Assembly (NCBI GenBank): GCA_965197745.1
Contig: CBDANS010000007.1
Span: forward strand, 800,001-864,000
DNA from: Opitutales bacterium
GTDB lineage: Bacteria > Verrucomicrobiota > Verrucomicrobiia > Opitutales > PNEW01
Direction: 5' to 3'
DNA: 64,000 nucleotides
Part shown: in pieces, positions 48,155 through 58,472 of the stretch
Layout: the number at the start of each line of letters is the position of its first letter
How positions within the stretch are numbered: position 1 is the stretch's first letter
The notes under the pieces: model-generated
Database searches by the model: none
What the model was told of the DNA's origin: nothing
The model's input: the letters and a program-made list of their open reading frames with translations, nothing else
Translations under genes and position numbers: made by a program

Positions 48155-49525
48155 GTGACCCAAGAGACTCCACACAGTGAAAGATACGGGGAACCATCTC
48201 CCCATACGCTTCCTTCTTCTACAGGTGATTGGTCGCGACGGGTCTGGGTACTTGCCGGGCCGATAATACTCTCTAACCTGACGGTGCCTTTAGTGGGAGC
48301 TGTTGATACCGGTGTTGTTGGGCATTTACCCGATCCAATATATATCGGGGCAGTAGCCCTTGGGGCGGTTATTTTTAATTTCCTATACTGGGGATTTGGA
48401 TTTTTACGTATGGGGACCACTGGATTTGTCGCCCAGGCATTTGGATCCGGCGATGCATCTGAAATACGGGGCGCTCTGGCCAGAGCCCTGATCCTGGCGG
48501 GTGTGCTAGGAATACTCGTGATAATATTGCAAAAACCCATAGTGCGACTAGCCATTTATATTCTGGAGGGGAGTGAAGATCTTGAAAAGCTGGCGGTAAG
48601 CTATTACTCATTCCGCATCTGGGGAGCGCCCGCAGCGCTCGCCAACTTTGCTATTCTCGGATTTCTTATTGGCATTCACAAGACGAGCGCGGCACTCGCT
48701 CTCCAACTGACACTGAATATTTGCAATGTTCTCCTGGATCTTCTATTCGTTTTGGGCTTGGGCTGGGGAGTAAAAGGGGTAGGACTTGCCTCTTTTATCA
48801 GTGAGTACTTAGCCGTCCTCGTGGGTATCGGGCTGATAAAAAACAATATCAAGATCATTGGTGGTGAATGGCGATTGCGCTCTATTCTCGCCCCGGCTCA
48901 GTTAAAGAAGCAGCTCCATGTAAATGCTAATATCTTTTTAAGAACCTTGAGTGTTATATTCGCTTTTTTTTATTTCACCGCGATGAGTGTTAAACTGGGA
49001 GAAATTACCCTTGCGGCCAATGCGGTACTCATGCACTTACAGCACTTTCTTGCTTTTGGTCTGGATGGATTTGCCTTTGCCGTTGAAGCCCTGGCTGGCA
49101 GCGCTTATGGTATGCGCAGTAAGCGTCAATTCCGCGCGGCTGTTAAGGCCACTACTTTTTGGGCGCTCATTGTCGCGTTAGTGTATACCATTGTCTATGC
49201 TTCATTAGGGATGATCATTATCAGTGCCATTACAGGAATTGAAGAAGTTAAAATAAGAGCAGCTGTATTTATGCCGTGGTTAATAGCTTCACCTATTATC
49301 TCGGTTTGGAGTTATCAGTTGGATGGTGTTTTTATTGCAACTACGCGATCGGTCGAAATGCGTAACGCGATGATCTTATCAGTCATCGTATTTCTCGTTT
49401 CGGTATGGGTTTTTTTACCCCGTTGGGAAAACCATGGGTTGTGGTTTTCGTTCATTATTTTAATGATAGCACGCGCTGTATTTTTAGCTATCTTCTATCC
49501 CCGTATCGAAAGGTCATTAGGTTAA
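48155..49525 (+). CDS. dinF: MATE family efflux transporter (DinF-like)
   Basis: PLVGAVDT.VVGHL, GFLRMGTTG, multi-TM pattern. Confidence 0.85.
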   Translation: MTQETPHSERYGEPSPHTLPSSTGDWSRRVWVLAGPIILSNLTVPLVGAVDTGVVGHLPDPIYIGAVALGAVIFNFLYWGFGFLRMGTTGFVAQAFGSGDASEIRGALARALILAGVLGILVIILQKPIVRLAIYILEGSEDLEKLAVSYYSFRIWGAPAALANFAILGFLIGIHKTSAALALQLTLNICNVLLDLLFVLGLGWGVKGVGLASFISEYLAVLVGIGLIKNNIKIIGGEWRLRSILAPAQLKKQLHVNANIFLRTLSVIFAFFYFTAMSVKLGEITLAANAVLMHLQHFLAFGLDGFAFAVEALAGSAYGMRSKRQFRAAVKATTFWALIVALVYTIVYASLGMIIISAITGIEEVKIRAAVFMPWLIASPIISVWSYQLDGVFIATTRSVEMRNAMILSVIVFLVSVWVFLPRWENHGLWFSFIILMIARAVFLAIFYPRIERSLG

Positions 49526-49537
49526 GGTTTTATATCA

Positions 49538-49571
49538 AGGATGAAGACGAAGAGGCAGACGAAGATGAAGA
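49538..49571. repeat. GACGAAG array
   Basis: GGATGAAGACGAAGAGGCAGACGAAGATGAAGA. Confidence 0.7.
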
Positions 49572-49631
49572 ATATTGCAAATCACCATACCTATTTCCAG
49601 CGTCCTTTAGGTTTAAATAATTGACAATAAG

Positions 49632-49830
49632 TAGCCCCTGAGGGGCGACATAAACTTAGCCCATTGCGTGAGCAATGGGTATTAGAATTACCCAACACCT
49701 AGAGCCCCGGAGGGGCGACACAACCTATCTTCCGACAGTAATTGAGTCGCCCCTCCGGGGCTACTTTTTATAATTATATTATTTTCCACAGCTTGCGCTG
49801 TGGTTTATGATTGTGTCACCCTTCAAGGGT
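49632..49830. repeat. BIME-like cluster of a second REP type (AGCCCCNNAGGGGCGAC) in direct and inverted copies
   Basis: AGCCCCTGAGGGGCGACA, AGCCCCGGAGGGGCGACA, GTCGCCCCTCCGGGGCT with spacer hairpins. Confidence 0.78.
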
Positions 49831-49910
49831 GATGCCCTTCGAGCTCGACTGAATGAGTATGCTGTTTAATTTATTAATCATACTACCGAGATAATACTTA
49901 ACACTTATGG

Positions 49911-49980
49911 CGGCCACGACGACGCGTGGCCCTCCCTTTCATCAATCCCCTTCTGGAGGGCCACGCTCCGTCGTGGCCGC
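49911..49980. repeat. Inverted pair of GGAGGGCCACGC-type REP palindromes
   Basis: CGGCCACGACGACGCGTGGCCCTCC ... GGAGGGCCACGCTCCGTCGTGGCCG. Confidence 0.82.
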
Positions 49981-50052
49981 TGGGAAGACCGAATAAAATT
50001 TTTTAGCTATTTAAAGGAGACAAACGCAGATGAAGAAAGTGAGTAATCTCAT

Positions 50053-51533
50053 TCACGGGGTGATAGCTGCAAAGTTTTTTTCAGTGAATAAACTTTTGTG
50101 GTGACGGTACCAGTCACTTTGGAACCGTTCATCGGGGTCATACATCTTCTTTTTTTGAAGAAATGCTCGAAATTCCGGATAGCAAGATTGAACCTGCTCA
50201 AGCGTAGCAAATTTATGATAGGTTAAATAATAACTTCCTCCAAATCTGATCGCCAGGTCAATGAGACGGCGGAATGCTTCCGCAGAGTGTGCTATGCCTT
50301 CGTTCGTGTGTTCAGTGTGAAGATTAAAAATAACACAAGCATAAGATTGTTTCGCCCATGCTAAATAGCTTTCCTCGTCTCGCGCGATCATCCTAATTGT
50401 TCCATAAATTAAATTGACATCGTTATCTATGAAATCGCCGCGCACATCACTCATGAATTTCTCCAGTTTATCTCTGGGGACATAAATTTCTGTGATAATT
50501 TCCGATGCCGGATTGCAGGTTCCCAGTTTCAAGTCCATGTCTCGATGGTAGTCATCAATATAAATACTTAACTGATGAGTGTCAGAGTAGTATAACTGGT
50601 TAGAGGTAGAGAGATAAAAATCAGCGTATTTTTGAAATGCCTTTCCCTTGTCGCAATGCGCTTGCTTCAAAAGGTCTCTCCAATCATCAGCCGAGAGCTT
50701 TTTCTGATCTGTCGGCATCGGCGTATTCGGGTCAACGGGTCGATAACATGAGAAGACTCCTTTTCGCAAAAAGTCCTCAGATGTCTCGTCCGTAGAAAAT
50801 TGAAAATCTCCATAAATATAGCCATCATCAATACGTTTGTTGACAACGCTAAGCAGGTTTTCAATTTTTTCTATTTCTACATGCCGTATAATTTTTTTCG
50901 GGGCACCAGTCGCAATGTCACCGAATAGACAATTCCAAAAAGACCGTACCCGCCAATTGCCAAACGAAATAGAATGGGATTTTCCTGGCGACTGCACCGC
51001 TGTAATATGCCTCGCGCATCAATCAGGAGGAATGATTCGATGTCCTGGATAAAAGGTTTGAAGCAAAGCCCCCTCCCGTGAATGTTGGCAGCTAGTGCTC
51101 CGCCAATACTCAATCGATCAGCGCCTGTTTGCTTTTGGTTGATTGTCCAGGAATGTGTGGAATTCCTCTCTACCGTATTTAAGTAAGCAATTAATTCTGG
51201 CCAACGAATACCGGCTTCAACCTCAATCGTTCCTCGTTCGCAGTCAAAGCTTAGCACCCGATTTAATCCTGTGGTATCGAGCAATATGGCATCATTTGCG
51301 AATTGCTGTCCTCCCATCGCATGCTTCCCTCCGGCTATGCAAATCTCTCTACCTGTGTTTCTGGCGTAAATGATAGTCTGCTGTATGGAACCAATCGAAT
51401 CTACCTTCACAACACGGTTTACCCAGGTCCGGTTGAGTTGGGAATGTATATCATTAACCCAGATTCCGTCACCCTCTGACGGACTGCGTTCAACGGGATC
51501 AGATCGAACACGATTATAACTCATGGATGGCAT
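50053..51533 (-). pseudogene. FAD-binding (FAD_binding_4) oxidoreductase split by a frameshift in an A7 tract
   Basis: GGKHAMGGQ, SIGG...NIHGR, GGYGLFG in the first ORF; C-terminal domain in an overlapping frame, joined at 50892..50898. Confidence 0.8.
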
Positions 51534-51799
51534 CGTTTATTGTGCTCCTACTAAGCACGAGTGATGCCAGCCTTATAAAAATTTAATATAATGTTATATA
51601 ATAATAACTTATGTAATTATAATAAAGAGGATCCACATTTACAGAAACAAAGATAATTGACCTAAAATGCCAGGTTGTATTCATAGGATGTCAGGTAATG
51701 AGGAATAAGATTTATAGCTGATAACGATCGCCTCAGCGTTGAAGTGCTCACGTAATTTAAGTACTGCAATCAAATCTGATTAACATAAAAATCTGAATT

Positions 51800-52945
51800 A
51801 TGATTAACACAGCTGATATCGTTATCATCGGTGGCGGAGTTCATGGAGCCAGCCTGGCCTATAATTTAGCGCGGGAAAAAGCGGGAAAAATTGTTCTTCT
51901 CGAGAAGAAACATATGGCTTCAGGCCCAACCGCAAAATCGAGTGCCATGATCCGTCCACTTTTCAACGAGTCCGTATATATCGAGCTGGTCAGTGAAGCG
52001 ACAAAAATGTTTGAACAATGGGATGACTGTGTGGGTGGTGACTCAGGATTTGTGCAAAATGGTTTTCTCAGAATTACTGATTCCTTAGAAAAAGAGGCAT
52101 TGGCGGGGGATCTTAAGCTTGCGAAAAGCCTCGGGGTGAATTATCAGATTATACCGAACGATGGATTGAATAACTATGCCCCTAACGGAAAATTTGGTGA
52201 TGAAGAAATAGGTGTTTTATTCCCCGAAGGTGGATTTGCTGATCCTTACTTAACAACAATTTCTTTAGCCTCAGCCGCAAAAAGGTTGGGCGCAGAAATA
52301 ATCGAGGGGGTTAGTGTCACGGGTATTAAATTATCCCAGGGTCGCGTTGATACGATTCAAACAGATGCCGGAGAAATCAGCACCCGCATCGTCGTCAATT
52401 GCGCCGGGTCCTGGAGCGATCGCATTGCTGCCTATGCGGGTATTCAACTGCCTATAGAAATTCACCGCATTCCCATATGTCTCTTTCGCAGGCCCCTGGA
52501 CATGAATATAGAGAACCCCGTTTACTCTGACGGGACCCATGGCGTGTATTTGCGAAAAACCGATGAGAATATATTCAGATCCGGTCTCTTCGGTTTTGAT
52601 ATAGATCCTGTCGATCCTGACTCTTATGATGAAACGATAAGTAAAGAGCAGCTCAATGTCATTCGCAAACCCCTGAATCAGCGGTTTACAGCAATTAATA
52701 AAACTTATTTTACGGGTGGTTTTTCCGCTATCTATGATATGAGCCCCGACGGACATCCGATCATTGGAATGATGCCGGAGGTTGATGGTTTCTGGTGTGA
52801 TTGTGGATGGAGCGGAAATGGTTTTGCCAGCTCACCGGTTATCGGGCGCTGTTTAGCTTCAGAGATCACGGGTGGAAAAAGTGATATCGATATCTCTTAT
52901 TTTCGCTGGCCGCGTTCACCGGAAGTAACAAATCGCAAGAAGTAA
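51800..52945 (+). CDS. FAD-dependent oxidoreductase (DAO/sarcosine oxidase beta family)
   Basis: IIGGGVHG, VVNCAG.W, SPDGHPIIG, G.SG.GF. Confidence 0.9.
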   Translation: MINTADIVIIGGGVHGASLAYNLAREKAGKIVLLEKKHMASGPTAKSSAMIRPLFNESVYIELVSEATKMFEQWDDCVGGDSGFVQNGFLRITDSLEKEALAGDLKLAKSLGVNYQIIPNDGLNNYAPNGKFGDEEIGVLFPEGGFADPYLTTISLASAAKRLGAEIIEGVSVTGIKLSQGRVDTIQTDAGEISTRIVVNCAGSWSDRIAAYAGIQLPIEIHRIPICLFRRPLDMNIENPVYSDGTHGVYLRKTDENIFRSGLFGFDIDPVDPDSYDETISKEQLNVIRKPLNQRFTAINKTYFTGGFSAIYDMSPDGHPIIGMMPEVDGFWCDCGWSGNGFASSPVIGRCLASEITGGKSDIDISYFRWPRSPEVTNRKK

Positions 52946-53073
52946 GGGAAAAAACCGTATATTTTAAAGCAATTCACATGGTAAGGATAATGTCATGCGT
53001 AATCGTTCGAGAGACTCGAAGAACCGGGGCTTAAAAATAGTAAGTAATCCTCAACTCCATCAGGTATTACTTT

Positions 53074-54063
53074 ATGAACAAGATAAGAGTCGGTGTAATT
53101 GGCTCGGGGGGGATGGCAAAAAGCAGGATTTCATCGTTTTCTTGTCTCGATGGATGTGAAATCGTGGCCCTTGCCGCGCGCAATGCCGAAACAGGCACTG
53201 CATTAAGCAAGGAATATGAAATCCCCTATCGTCCAGATTGGCGTGAATTACTGAACCAAAATGATGTAGATGCGGTAATTATATGTACAAACAATGATAG
53301 CCACGGGACAATCGCCCTGGCCGCAATTAATGCAGGCAAGCATGTATTCCTTGAATACCCGCTTGCACGCAGTTTGGAGGAGTGTAATCAGTTGGTAAAG
53401 CAGGTGGAATCCACCGGGCGTGTTCTAAGAATAGCGCATGACGAGTCTCTGTCAGCGGTTCACCGGCAATTGAAAGAGCAGGTTAACTTATTGGGTGACC
53501 TACTGACCACTGTCTTTGTGCGCCTCACACCCGGTAAAGGAGCGCGCCCCGATGTATTGTTTAATCTGAATATATCAGGTCCACCGGCACTTTTTTTTAT
53601 TTATCATATTTCTCCGCTTGTCGATCTCTTTGGGCCGGCAGTTTGGGTTGAAGGTCATGCTGAATATCCCGGATTGGAAAAATCAGGACGCTACGAACAG
53701 TTTATCAATGCGGTGACCGTAAAATTTGAGCGGGGAGGATCAGCTCATTGGACATGGGCGGGTGGAATTGCTATCAATAAAGCTGAAGAATATCAGCGTA
53801 TTATCATGAGCGAGGGAACACTGATAAAGGAAAATGGAAAATGGTTTAAATCCCTATCAGAAAATGAAGTGGAGATTCAATTCACGAGGGATGATAAATT
53901 ATCATTAGAAGAATTATTTTTGAATGAAGTAAGAGGTGTGGAATCGTTATGGCGCGACGATTTGCAACGAGAATATGAAGCTGTTACCATCAGTTTAGCT
54001 GCCGAAATATCATTTCAGGAAAAGAGACGAGTCTTTATTAACGAGCCACTTTTTTCTTCTTGA
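53074..54063 (+). CDS. Gfo/Idh/MocA family oxidoreductase
   Basis: GVIGSG, AGKHVFLEYP. Confidence 0.88.
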   Translation: MNKIRVGVIGSGGMAKSRISSFSCLDGCEIVALAARNAETGTALSKEYEIPYRPDWRELLNQNDVDAVIICTNNDSHGTIALAAINAGKHVFLEYPLARSLEECNQLVKQVESTGRVLRIAHDESLSAVHRQLKEQVNLLGDLLTTVFVRLTPGKGARPDVLFNLNISGPPALFFIYHISPLVDLFGPAVWVEGHAEYPGLEKSGRYEQFINAVTVKFERGGSAHWTWAGGIAINKAEEYQRIIMSEGTLIKENGKWFKSLSENEVEIQFTRDDKLSLEELFLNEVRGVESLWRDDLQREYEAVTISLAAEISFQEKRRVFINEPLFSS

Positions 54064-54159
54064 GGAGGCTGCAATTGATAGCCTTTTACTTTTTATGTAA
54101 CAATGAGATAATTTAAAATTTCCAGTCGTAATAAATAGATTCGAAATGGAGATTAAAAT

Positions 54160-54930
54160 ATGGAAGCGGTAAAATTTGATTTAGAGGGGAAAGTTGCGAT
54201 TATCACCGGAAGTGGAACAGGTATCGGGAGAACCCTTGCTATAGGTTTGTCTCAAGCCGGCGCTGATATTGTCGTAACCGAGCTTCCTGGAAAAGAGGCG
54301 GCAGCTGAAGAAACAGCAGATGCGGTACGTAAACAGGGGAAACGGGCGATAACAGTGGAACTGGATGTAACACAAATAAAGAGTGTCGAGCGTATGATAG
54401 CAGTAACCATGGAGAAATTAGGGAGCATTGATATTCTCGTAAATAACGCGGGCACCATTATCAGGAAAAAAGCAATCGATATAACGGAAGAAGATTGGGA
54501 CACAGTAATGGACGTTAATTTGAAAGGGTTATTTTTTACGAGTCAGACAGTGGCCAGGGAAATGATAAAACAGCGATTCGGTAAAATCATCAATATATCG
54601 TCTATTAATGGTGTCATTGGGTCAGCAGAACGAGCATCATACACCGCGAGTAAAGCGGGAGTAATCAATTTAACCCGTACCCTCGCCGCGGAATGGGCAG
54701 AATATGGAATCAATGTAAATGGTATAGGTCCCACCTATTTATTAACCCCGTTAACCGAAACATTATTTGAAAATGAAACCTTCAAGGAGAAATACTTTGA
54801 TCGTCAACCCATTCAGCGAATAGGCAGACCCGAAGACATCCTGGGTGCTGTTATATACCTGGCGAGTTCCGCATCCAACCTCGTAACAGGGCATACCATC
54901 ATGGTCGACGGGGGATGGACAGCGGTTTAA
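54160..54930 (+). CDS. SDR oxidoreductase (gluconate 5-dehydrogenase/KduD-like)
   Basis: TGSGTGIG, NNAG, YTASK, VDGGW. Confidence 0.92.
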   Translation: MEAVKFDLEGKVAIITGSGTGIGRTLAIGLSQAGADIVVTELPGKEAAAEETADAVRKQGKRAITVELDVTQIKSVERMIAVTMEKLGSIDILVNNAGTIIRKKAIDITEEDWDTVMDVNLKGLFFTSQTVAREMIKQRFGKIINISSINGVIGSAERASYTASKAGVINLTRTLAAEWAEYGINVNGIGPTYLLTPLTETLFENETFKEKYFDRQPIQRIGRPEDILGAVIYLASSASNLVTGHTIMVDGGWTAV

Positions 54931-54956
54931 AAATAAGATTTACAAAACGTATAATT

Positions 54957-55068
54957 CTTCGTCTTCGTCCCTCCTCTTTATTCTTTTCCTGGAGGGCCAC
55001 GCGTCGTTGTGGCCGCAGGGAATATCGAGATATAATTTTTAGCTATTTAAATGAAGCAGACCAAGACG
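54957..55068. repeat. Composite repeat: CTTCGTC array, REP palindrome (54991..55015), degenerate GACGAAG
   Basis: Same modules as 3236..3391. Confidence 0.72.
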
Positions 55069-55150
55069 CCGCTACATTGTTTAATGCAAACCCTTAATCC
55101 TTTACTCAATCCACCGATATATTTTCCGCGGAAAATATTCAAAGAGAAAA

Positions 55151-55528
55151 TTACTCGGCCTTTATAGCGCTCTCAATTTCCTGAATAAGAATATCGCTAT
55201 CGGTAATAGGCTTACTGATGTATCCGGAAAATCCCTCACTCAAGTAGTGTTCCCTGTCATTTCCCAATCTCTGAGCAGTAACAGCGATAATAGGAACCTT
55301 GTCATACTTATTATAAATGCGAATGTTCTCCAATATTTCACCCCCGTTCATTCCCGGTAAATTAATATCCATGAGAAATGCATCAGGGACGATACAATCG
55401 GGTTGGTCTAAAAAGTTAAAGAGCTCAAGGGCATTGGTAAATATTTTTATTTCGTAAATGCCGCTGAGCATATCGAGAATTAAATCAGCATTGTCTTTGT
55501 TATCTTCAACTAAATATACTTTTTTCAT
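55151..55528 (-). CDS. Single-domain response regulator (CheY/DivK-like)
   Basis: VEDN, MDINLPGMNG, IAVTA, YISKP. Confidence 0.9.
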   Translation of the reverse strand: MKKVYLVEDNKDNADLILDMLSGIYEIKIFTNALELFNFLDQPDCIVPDAFLMDINLPGMNGGEILENIRIYNKYDKVPIIAVTAQRLGNDREHYLSEGFSGYISKPITDSDILIQEIESAIKAE

Positions 55529-55684
55529 AATTAATAATAGATGCCAGCTAGAGAATGTATATCAGCTAATTGTGATAAAGTTAATATTGTCAGGATGAGC
55601 GATTTTTAACAAGCATCTTTTACTTGAATTTTTCATGACCTGTTTGGAAAAATAAAAGCGTGATTAATTCAAATTAACCTATGT

Positions 55685-56596
55685 TTAAATCGCAAGAGAG
55701 ATAAGTTCACTGATGTTTTCAGGAATATTAACCCAAAGATGAGAGTTGTCTTTCCAAATCATTGATTGAGGAGAAAGGTATTTATTAATTACATTTTTCA
55801 TATCGGTAATCGACTTACCCTGCCAGTAGCCATCGTTCGTGGCTGATAAGACATAGGCTTTTATGTCGAGTGGGGCTTTTATATTTTCGGTGCAGTGGGG
55901 TAAGAGCCAATTCATACAATCAGAGGAAACATAGGTCCAGGATAGCCCAAAAATTTTAAAACGGGATTCAAGATCGTGCTTGAAGAATGTTTTATTTTGC
56001 ACCCCATATTTCCAATTATAAGTTAAGCGGGTCTCAGGATTAATAAATGACAATAGGTTACTATTAGGTAGGGCGCAGTATCGAAAACCATTTCGTTTAA
56101 CACCATTAAGAGGGAAAAATAATTTTTCCCAAAAGCTGTCATCCACGCTATCTGGCGCTGAAGCGACCCAGAGCAGTTGTAAAGACTGCTGAGTATCCTT
56201 AGATAATTTTGGGTATGCTTGAAGGAAGTCATAAAATCCGGTGCTTGATGCAATGACAGAAACCCGGTTAAATTTTTGAGAAAGTTCATTTAAGTCTGAA
56301 CACATTTGGACTTCTCGTTTATTTTGATTTTCTTTCGTGTACTTTTCCCATATTGGAACGGTGGCTGAAAATTCTGAAAGATAAAGCGAGCGAATATAAA
56401 ATCTATTTTTGAGTTTGCGGTATAAGCTGGGTAGGGCGAAACGGATCTGCCCCGGCGATCCATCTAAACCATGAATAAAATAGAAGGCTTCATCTGCCTG
56501 TTCTTCATTACCGTACTCGTTCAGATCATCGTAGAAAAATCGATAATAATTCAATGATTCGTAATATTTATTTTCGAATTTATCGGATAGTGACAT
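55685..56596 (-). CDS. Hypothetical protein, possible alpha/beta hydrolase fold
   Basis: FIHGLDG, ASSTG, D..W and SH pattern; AT-rich. Confidence 0.55.
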   Translation of the reverse strand: MSLSDKFENKYYESLNYYRFFYDDLNEYGNEEQADEAFYFIHGLDGSPGQIRFALPSLYRKLKNRFYIRSLYLSEFSATVPIWEKYTKENQNKREVQMCSDLNELSQKFNRVSVIASSTGFYDFLQAYPKLSKDTQQSLQLLWVASAPDSVDDSFWEKLFFPLNGVKRNGFRYCALPNSNLLSFINPETRLTYNWKYGVQNKTFFKHDLESRFKIFGLSWTYVSSDCMNWLLPHCTENIKAPLDIKAYVLSATNDGYWQGKSITDMKNVINKYLSPQSMIWKDNSHLWVNIPENISELISLAI

Positions 56597-56779
56597 ATGA
56601 TGAGGAAAGGTCGGAATATTTAGATCTATAGCGGTAAAAAAATAATATTAATTTATATTTCAGATATTTGAAGAGCGTAATTTTTAATTATGAACCTTTG
56701 ATTCAGATTAAGTTACCACCTTTTATATAATATTTGATATACGGAGGACGAGGATGAGGAAGAATTTTTACTTAAACTC

Positions 56780-57517
56780 TCATTTCTGCTCTTGCCGACA
56801 TGCATTTTCAATCTGTGAAAATGTATCGCGTATGTGTTCTGCGCAACGTTTCACAATTATTGCCAATGCCTTTTCTCCTTTATCTCGAGAGGCTAAACTC
56901 GATTTACCCCACACCCCCGTTTTGCTCATCGCGCTCATGGGTAAATAGTCGAAATACTCTGCGGTTTTACCAGGAGGCACATGATCATGACGCTCTTTCC
57001 CCACAGTGGATTCATCAATAGTCAGCATCAGAGAGGTTTCAAAATCGCCACCATGTAAATCGTTGTCGAAATCAGGAAATATTTGGCATAACTCTTTAAG
57101 CGCCGGCATCCAGGGGTTAATAAGTAGAACTTTACCATCATTTCGGGTGGTGTTCAGTTTGCGCACCGCGATTTTTAAAATAGCATTGCCACCATGGAGA
57201 TTGACGATCACGACCTTTTTAAAACCCTGCACGAAAAGGCAAGTGACCAGGTCTTCAGTTACTTGAGCGAGGGTCTCATGTTTGAGGGAAACAGTACCTC
57301 GAAAATCAGCATGCGCTTCCGAATTACTAAAGGGTAAGGCCGGCAGGAGGTAGGCATTCAGTTCATGAGCAATACCTTCACCCACAGCATCAGCCTCCAT
57401 CCAATCGGTGCCAAGGGGAAGATGCGTGTCATGTTGTTCGATCGCCCCTACAGGTAATATTGCTATTTCGGCCTTGCTTTTTTCCAATTCAGGGCTGGTA
57501 TTTTTTGCGTTCCACAT
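56780..57517 (-). CDS. Creatininase family amidohydrolase
   Basis: PVGAIEQH..HLPLGTD, N.HGGN, HGG.FETS. Confidence 0.92.
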   Translation of the reverse strand: MWNAKNTSPELEKSKAEIAILPVGAIEQHDTHLPLGTDWMEADAVGEGIAHELNAYLLPALPFSNSEAHADFRGTVSLKHETLAQVTEDLVTCLFVQGFKKVVIVNLHGGNAILKIAVRKLNTTRNDGKVLLINPWMPALKELCQIFPDFDNDLHGGDFETSLMLTIDESTVGKERHDHVPPGKTAEYFDYLPMSAMSKTGVWGKSSLASRDKGEKALAIIVKRCAEHIRDTFSQIENACRQEQK

Positions 57518-57540
57518 CTTATACCTCTCTCGTTGATATT

Positions 57541-58428
57541 TTACTCAATTATCTTCAGCGTTTGGGCCAGTTTTTTTATCTCTTCCAAATGCCAATCGTC
57601 GGCTTTAGGGTAGGGGGGGCGGGTCGTTGCATGATCAATGATCCCCTTCCATTGAAGAATGTGTTTAGCGACCGAAAAGGCATAGGGGTCCGGGGTTATG
57701 AAGGTTATGAGGGGTATCATATTTTCATAGAAATGGGCTCTTGCTTCATCCCATTTTTTTTCTTGCACCAGATCATACAAGACAACTTCGTGATCGGGCA
57801 TAACCGCCGCGCTTCCGGCAATCACCCCATCGCTTCCGGCGATATAGGTGATCAATGAATACATGTCTGAACCGCATAAAGCGGGAATGGATAGTGATTC
57901 GTGTTTCAACACTTCGTAAGACCCGATATCGCCGCTTACTTTCAAGGCCGCAATCCGATCACAATCCCTTATGATAGGGAGAACGTCCTTTTGCATATTG
58001 AGCCTTCCCTCGTTGGTCATATCATAAAGCATAACCGGCACCTCTTCCGCGATTTTGAGGAAAAATGAGTGTAAATCCTTGTAGGAACGCTTTTTTACCA
58101 TGGCGAAACTGGCCCCTTTCCGAGAGGCAATCTTTGCCGCTTTCATACCCTCATCGAGGTCGAGAGAGATAATGCCCATTCCGACGGGCACCCTGCCATT
58201 CACATGTTCCAGAACATGGTCCAATACCGCTTCGATCTCATTGAGGTTCATCCCCTCAAACTCCCCCGCTTTTCCACAGGCTACCAGGCCATGTACTCCA
58301 CCGTCCAGGATGTAATCTATTAGACGACTCATACTCTGAGGATCGAACTTACTTCCATCCTCACTAAATGGTGTAGAGAGAAGGGTGTATACTCCTCCAC
58401 TGAGTTGGATGTCACTACCCTTAGTCAT
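57541..58428 (-). CDS. Dihydrodipicolinate synthase/N-acetylneuraminate lyase family protein
   Basis: TPF, G..GEF, GRVPV, MLYD, ALK.S. Confidence 0.85.
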   Translation of the reverse strand: MTKGSDIQLSGGVYTLLSTPFSEDGSKFDPQSMSRLIDYILDGGVHGLVACGKAGEFEGMNLNEIEAVLDHVLEHVNGRVPVGMGIISLDLDEGMKAAKIASRKGASFAMVKKRSYKDLHSFFLKIAEEVPVMLYDMTNEGRLNMQKDVLPIIRDCDRIAALKVSGDIGSYEVLKHESLSIPALCGSDMYSLITYIAGSDGVIAGSAAVMPDHEVVLYDLVQEKKWDEARAHFYENMIPLITFITPDPYAFSVAKHILQWKGIIDHATTRPPYPKADDWHLEEIKKLAQTLKIIE

Positions 58429-58472
58429 TTTTATATTTATTTTTACTTAGCATGCCTATAAATTTGCTACTA

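Noticed and set aside
49884..49890. Other TWCCGAG matches (e.g. 20737, 38029, 39000, 49884, 58118)
   Set aside because: They lack the hairpin and YGASAY end, and the coding ones do not disrupt reading frames.
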